A DNA stretch of 60,121 nucleotides, the filler included, from Sluysia triapertura (taxonomy: Eukaryota): assembly GCA_046118255.1 (NCBI GenBank). It is 5 parts of 5 records of this genome, joined end to end, with 100 filler letters (N's around TTAATTAATTAA, not from the genome) between each part and the next. Parts side by side here need not be neighbours in the genome. Positions count along the whole stretch, not along the records: positions 46,976 to 60,121 come from JBJNIA010056771.1; 4 more parts are not named here. One strand, written 5' to 3'. Under the pieces are notes generated by a model. The model was not told where the DNA came from and did no database searches. It worked only from the letters and a program-made list of their open reading frames with translations. Positions 53,061 to 60,121 of this stretch are shown here, in pieces. Numbering within the stretch: the stretch's first letter is position 1; the number at the start of each line of letters is the position of its first letter. Position numbers and translations under genes: made by a program.

Positions 53061-55702
53061 CTGTACTCATTAACCATATTTTTAATACTTCAGGATCTAT
53101 TCCTATTTCAATTAATTTATCAAAATTATAAAAGCTTTCGTTGAATGAGGGACTCCGTTTAGATATTTTTTCTCCAGTTCTAATAATAATAATAATGATA
53201 ATAATAATAATATAATCCTTGATAATAATTTGTTATTTTACTTAAAATTAGTTTTGTCTTGAGCTCTGACTGAACATTTCGTCTACGTTTGTTGATATTG
53301 AGATGTATAGGATGAAATAGACCATATTATACGACATATATTAAAAGCATTCATGATTTTAATTACAGAAAGAAATTCGCCATATTAACTATAGGGAAAA
53401 CCTGTTAAAGAAAGAAATTGAAAAAATTATTGGCCATAGTATAATATCAGTGGAAATACTGTGTAGAGTGGGTTTACTCTTTTAATAATTTATGTTTTAA
53501 CAAGTGCAGTATTTTATAAATTTGATATTTTATTGACACAAGTTGTATTATAGTTACACAGTAAATATTCTGTTTACGCAATTATAATTAAATTTTATTT
53601 GATTGATTCATTTTGAAAAATTGAAGATATTAACCAGTAAGTATGGTAACTAAATAAAATTAAAAATGTTAATTATTATGCGTGGTTTCTCTTTTAAGTG
53701 CATGTGCATTTATTTATATTTGTTCTGTGTTTAATTCATTTCTGAGTGTAGTTATTTACATATTTGAATTACTTTAACTACAAAACTTTTATTAACATTT
53801 CTATCTGAAATGGTCGGGACATTAACGATCCATGAAAATAATTAAAAAGGGACTTCAGGTTCAATTTATCGAAATCAAATGTAGCAACTTTGAAATTGAA
53901 GTTCGGCTTAAGGCCTGTCATTTAGAAATGTCTAACCATTATAACCTGTATGGTATTTTCCACTATATTACATTTTAAATCATCAGGTAAGATAAGGAAT
54001 CACATTCTGCAAATCTACACAAAAAACTTTGAAATCGATATGCTATAATGGGAAGATTTCAAATCAACACTAAATATTATTCTACGTATATAATTAAAAT
54101 CAACAAACCGATTATTGAATTCTTCACGCTGCAGTAATCCAAACGGTGTACTTTAAAAAATCTGATTGTCAACAACATCAAAATCATTAACAGTTTTTGT
54201 ATTAATAAAGAAAATACTTTATCCTTTTGCTACATGCCAATTATCATCACATAATAATTAGAATGACATAAAACACCAGTAAAGACACGCGTTGAAAACA
54301 GCATTTGTCTTTCGTCGATATATATGCATGGTGTGATAAAATACTGATCCATTTTATGGAATTAGGTAATTTTAAAAAACTTTGTCTTAAATTTTTTAAA
54401 AAATTAACATGAAAACATACAGACGTAATATTTAAACAAAAACGTCTTTATTTCTTCGAGTTAAACTCAACTTTAAAAATATCTAGTTTTGCTAATAATT
54501 CATTATCTTAAGTTTTTAAATAATACTTCAATTTCATGATAAATTTGAATTTTCAGCTTCAAAAAAAACCATCGGATTATTAAGTTTTCCAATATTTCCA
54601 AAAGTTATTGACACGATTTTTCTTTCCGAATGATTTTCAATGAGTTAGACTTCAATATTTAGATATTCTAGTTGTAAACCAATTTTCGTCCTTTGTCTGT
54701 TACGATTATTTAAATTATCGTAATCCAAAATGCTAAAGGTAAGAGGCATTAAATTATCAACTACACTTGGTCTGTAAATTACTGCCAATTTCAGTAATCT
54801 CCTGTAGAACTTCACTTTCACGTACACTACTTGTTATTAGACTGGTCACATTTCAAGTTATATAAATGATCTCTTGTGATATTTTGATTGAAATATATTA
54901 TTTGAAATCGAAGATTAAATAAATCACAAAATTAAATTGCAGAAATAACACGAAAGTTAAAGATGATTGGTACTGTCAGTCCTGAAGGTAAGAACGGCGA
55001 TGACCAAAAAAATAGAATAATTAATTATTACCATTTTAATATAGTAAATTTTATTGTGAATTTTTATATTTTGTAATTTTATGGTTTGAAATTTGTATTG
55101 GAAGCGCTTCATGTATAATTTTTGGTATGAATTCATGTGTGAAAGTGATAACAAAACTGTCACGTGTGGCTAAGACACCACACAGTCATCAAATACAATT
55201 ACAAAATAACTTATACTCTCTAGAGACTTGTTATAAACCAAAATGATTAATCGAATATATAAACAAACAAATCTCAAAATTAGAAAAGTTATACCATTTG
55301 CGAGACGTACAAAATATAACCCGAACAAAATTAAAATAAAATAGAAGAATTTCTCTAAGTTAATAATAATCACAATACTATAATTAACGAAAGATATTTA
55401 AAAATTCCTATTCCTTACAAAATAGCTAATTTATATAAGCATACTTTATATGCCTCTTCTTATGTGGCTTCTCATGAAACTAGTGAAGCTGTTTTGATAA
55501 ACAATATAAAATCACATTTGAGCCTATTATCATATTTATACAATTACCACTCAAATGTTATACGTAGCATTATAGTTATTTGTAAGTAAATACATTTTTG
55601 AAAAGCTAGTTTATTCCAAATAATTTAAATCTCGTAAAAATACAGTCAGAAAAGCATGATAAATTCTTGAAATCAACTAACATCAAGGCATACAACACAA
55701 CT

Positions 55703-55950
55703 TGTGGTGGTTCAAATTTTCACTTAAAATTTTAAAACACTATAACATTAATAAAATAAACAAAACATGACATCTTCTAGAAAAATTTCGCATTTTCAAC
55801 ACAGAACATTGAACCAATATATAAACAATTAAATATCCAAAACACAAAAACTTAAAAACTTAAAATTAACCATAAATGACAACATAACATAGTAATGAAA
55901 TTTCCATAAAACCTAATCGAGTTTTCTTTTTGTTTTTCTTCTCTCTTTTG
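55703..55950 (+). repeat. LTR-like repeat family B copy
   Basis: TGTGGTGGTTCAAA start, C/A-rich body, aatgaaatttccataaaa (55894-55911), pyrimidine tract. Confidence 0.55.
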
Positions 55951-56609
55951 AACTTCCCTATTAGTCATACATTTGTTATTAAGAGTAATCCAGAATCTGA
56001 CATTGTGTGTATAAATTAAACACCAAGAATTCTAATGTACCTGGATAATTTACAAAACAAACAATTTTGGTCATATTTGTGCCATTTTATTTGATTCTTG
56101 TCAAAACTCAATTGACTTATTATACATAATGCAAGATAAAATGACAATGATATCCAATAAAGTATCGAAGATAAATTTACAGTCAGAAATAATTAAACAT
56201 TATTCTAAATTGAAGTCTTTAAACCTCTCCAACCATAAATTTAAACTTAGATTTTAATATGAAATTAAATATTGGAATAAGTGGATTATTTTCAACTGAA
56301 ATTCAGCTAGCTAAATGTGCTCAACTGCAAGAAAAGCCAAGCATTTCTCGGACATCAAAACATCATAATCTTTATTCAATTTATTTAGAACCTAGTTCTA
56401 AATTGAATAAAGAATTTATAAACCTTCACGTTATTGATGTTCAGCTAGATAATTCTACGGACGAAAATATCCACAATTTTTAGTTTATGATTTGGTTTTG
56501 AAATATGGAAGTAATAAGTACTAAAAGATATATATCTAGCAATTCACGATCGAATGCTGAGTATCGTGTTTGCTGTGCAGATAATTTATGTGAATAAAAT
56601 TCTATGGGT

Positions 56610-56995
56610 CTGGTTCTATTATATTAGAAGCATCTGTTGTCAAAGTGAACGGTAAATGTTAAAGAGGAAATGTCAAACTTTTCATTTTCATAATTGCTTG
56701 TACGGTGTCATCGAAGGCTTCTAGGGATGTTGTATTCTTCTTGCCCGAGGAAAGAGCTATTAGCGGTCCTATGATTTCTGATAACCTAAGGATGAAGCCT
56801 CGACAATAGTTGATTAGGCCTAAGAAACTCCGCATTTGTGTAACTGCTTGCGGTTGCGTGAAGTCTCTTACTGCTGTTATGGGTTTCCAGTGGTTCTATC
56901 TCGTCAACATAGATGTACCCTAGGAAGATAATTTTTATTTGAAAAATTTTCATCTTGACAATTAAATTGTTGTGGGCTAATCTTTGGAATACTGG
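56610..56995 (-). mobile_element. Ty3/gypsy pol remnant (RT C-terminus and RNase H start)
   Basis: VFQRL..IIFLGYI../ITAVRDFTQPQAVTQMRSFLGLINYCRGFI..LSEIIGPL..EAF..PFTLTTDAS. Confidence 0.88.
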
Positions 56996-57431
56996 GTTTA
57001 TGTTATTTGTCATTTTAATAATTTTATGATAAAAATAAATAAATATTAGTGTTAAATATAAGATTTATACTATCTTTTTAATAATTAAAATCTTGAAATT
57101 TTGAAATGCATCAATTAAATTTCCATAAAACGAAAAATACAACTTTGAGGAACTTGATTAGTTCTAAAAAACCTTGACACTATTTTTTTTACTTATTCAA
57201 CACAACTCAATCAATAACATTTGCACAAACTGCAAACAGTGTTGTAAACCTTCATTTTCACATTCTCTTTTTATTTACTCTTAACCATCTAGTCAATCAC
57301 ACAAAATTTTAACAAATAATGATGTAATAATTAACAGTGACGTAACTAGTAATTATCACATCATTAGTATAATGTCGATTATTTATTGACTCAGCCATAT
57401 TGGCATATAATTTAAATTAAATAGCATTAAA

Positions 57432-57495
<64 letters not shown>

Positions 57496-58169
57496 ATTAT
57501 ATTTTTAATTGGTATTATATTCTCTAATTATCCTCATCTAATAAATACGCATAAACTTAACACTTTAGATTCTAAACTGTCCTTTTCTTTTCTTCTGGGT
57601 TTATTTTACTGTCGATTTTCTAATTATTTTTCTTGTAACTAAACTTGTAAATTTTTAATAGATTCTTCGAAAGTTTTTTATCTTCGTACTACATTTGGCG
57701 TGTAATTCTTCATAAGCAACTAATTTCATAAGCTCACTACTTTCACTATCAAACTTGTTTAAATAAACAAGTCTATGTGGATAACTTAATCAATGCTTGA
57801 TATAACAGATAAGAAAACGCAGAACCTTCGATGACAATTATTCTGTCTCAGTTTCTATTTTTTAAAAATTCTTTAGCTGAATTTTCTGCTTCATGAGTTT
57901 GCACCTTCGTTTCGACTTGAATTAAGGTATTATCTTTATGGCGGACGTTTCTGTCAGTAATTTTATTGTTGTCTTCTATAATTTCTTTTCTTTATATTTC
58001 AAATGGGATTCAAATGGAAGATAAGTTATAAAAAGGGCTGACTTCATCAAAAATCATTGTACAGAGAGCTTTGCGTGATTGAGATGTAGAATTCGGAGAA
58101 AAGCAGGATTATTCTTATCATTAGAAAGTTATTGGGAATTTGTTGAGCATTAACTGACGAAGAATTTGG

Positions 58170-58445
58170 ACTTAATGATGTATTTTTGATTTTTTTGTTG
58201 ATAATAATATAAAAAGGTTATGATAGAAAAAAGTTAGGAAGAATCAAAGAATTGCTTTTATGGAAATTGCATTGTCGTTTTATTTTATTACTTAAGTGTT
58301 ACTTTAAAGTTTAAGAATTTTATATGTTAAAGTTTTTAGTTGTTTTGAAGGTTTGTGAAATTTGTTTGTGTTTGTATTAATGTAATAAGTGATGTTTGTT
58401 GATTCTGTATATGCATAAGTTTTAAATAAAGTTTGAACCACCACA
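58170..58445 (-). repeat. LTR-like repeat family B copy, upstream of the gypsy remnant
   Basis: TGTGGTGGTTCAAA starts at 58445 on minus; aatgcaatttccataaaa lies at 58273-58256. Confidence 0.55.
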
Positions 58446-60121
58446 ATAATGTCAGAAGAATATTCACAATTAATTGCCAATTCTCATGTCGACATACATG
58501 ACAGAATGTCTTTACAAACAGATTTTGTTTAAATCAATGGAAACAAAGAATATCTTCAAATTTAGTATCAATAAATAAATTGCTTCATATCTCATCAGTA
58601 TTTATCAGAATTACGATCAGAAACGACTTATAAATTGACTAATTCAATAAAAACACGCAATTTAAAGATACCATCAAATTAATACTCATGTTGGTTGTAT
58701 GGATACTTATTCTACAAATTGTTATATTAACGCTAATGTGTAGATAATGGACAGTGTAATATGAAGCATTTTGAATACATTTCGAATATATTGTTTGTAT
58801 ATTGTCTTGTTTGTAATTCAAACAATCGCAGTATCAAAGCATCCAAGTTAATATAATGCTCACATAATGCTTATTTTAACTTCAAATTTTCAAAATTTAT
58901 TTTCACTTTTAAATTCATTTTTAATTTACTTTAAATTGTACTTTATAAACCTGTTAATAATGAAATTAATGAAATCTATTGTAAACTGATGCAAGTACAA
59001 AATATTAGTACAAAAAGCTTAACTTCTTCATTCTATCCATTTCAATTATAAGAACTTATCACAAGTAGTACAAACGATAAAAGTTCATAAATTTAGATTT
59101 TAATCAAGAAGCACTATAATCGAATAAATGCTCTTGTAGCAAGTTTGACAATGCAACCATTGGATCTAGTTATCCAAAAAGACCCAAAAATAATTTTTCA
59201 ATTTATTCTTTTTTATTTTTATTCTCATATAAATTAATTATCATGTTTGTATTTCTTTAGTAATGTCTTCTATCGTTTCGCATGGCATATTCAGAAATTG
59301 TCAAAACAATTTAATAAAAAAACTCATTTGTGTTTAGATTTGATAAATATAAATAAGTTTAATTTTTATCTTTACCTTTTTGTAGTTCTCCAAAAATTTG
59401 AATTTAATTTAACAATACAATTTTTAATAAAAGATAATTTAAATATTACTTTTCAATTTATGACTTTATTTTTTAACGAAAATTTATTAGTCCGTTTAAT
59501 AAAAAGTTTATATATACATATGATTACATTAAAGTCAAAACTAAGTGGTTACCCACTACATTAATATATAATTATTATTAAAATTTTACTGATTCAATTA
59601 TATTATAACATATTAGTTTCAGCAAAATATACTGACATTAATAAAAGAAACCATAATAAAGAAACCATATGAAAAGTTTAAAACAAATCAAGTAATTATC
59701 ATGAAATCGATTAAATAGTATGTTTGCCACTATAAATCAATTACTCGAATAATTGAAAATGTTTTTAGTAAATGAGAAATGAATGTTTTTTCACAAAATG
59801 GTGGATATAAGCATATAGAATTTGGAAAATAATAATTTACTCAAACATATTATACGGTTTAGCATTGTATTGTATAGTTTTACGTTTATTTCAGATTATA
59901 CAATTAAATAAAACAAGTGACAAATTTAGAAGTAGAAAATGAAAGCAATGAAAATTTAATTTCTGATAACATTAAAATGCAAGATTTGACATTTGGCAGT
60001 TTCTTATCTTTCTGATTTTAAATATATTTTAACTAATTTAGAACCATAGAGTTAAGAAATTTTCTTCATTGTGAAAGTTCGAGTCACTTATTGTAAATTT
60101 CTCCCAAATTAAATCTTCAAT

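Noticed and set aside
55703-58445. DIRS-type element (inverted repeats around RT/RNase H)
   Set aside because: The RT C-terminal motif is gypsy-type and no tyrosine recombinase is visible.
1-60121. Most short I/L/F/K/N-rich ORFs in the track; organellar origin; tRNA/rRNA genes
   Set aside because: The ORFs are what AT-rich non-coding DNA produces by chance or are antisense to real relics. Spliceosomal introns and nuclear TEs exclude an organelle. No structured RNA gene was recognised.

Overview
Very AT-rich eukaryotic nuclear DNA, probably from an invertebrate, with tiny (31-39 nt) GT-AG introns. The window is five unrelated ~11-13 kb segments joined by an artificial 100-bp spacer (44 N + TTAATTAATTAA + 44 N), so neighbourhood across spacers is not meaningful. 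Apparently intact host exons are few: the 5' part of ALG12, two SLC37-family exons and a possible EARS2-like exon. The rest is decayed mobile DNA: a Polinton/Maverick (integrase plus internally deleted pPolB), piggyBac, mariner, Tc1, Ty3/gypsy pol, an RLE-type non-LTR element and LTR-like dispersed repeats. Decayed fragments of conserved housekeeping genes (CLUH, HUWE1, USP12/46) are also present. The most striking object is a ~5 kb minus-strand unit (about 3.4-8.1 kb) carrying a decayed chuvirus-like glycoprotein gene behind an N/R-rich, E/K-rich ORF. It is bracketed by diverged direct repeats and has no recognisable RT or integrase. All homology calls come from manual translation and remembered family motifs; no database search was run.
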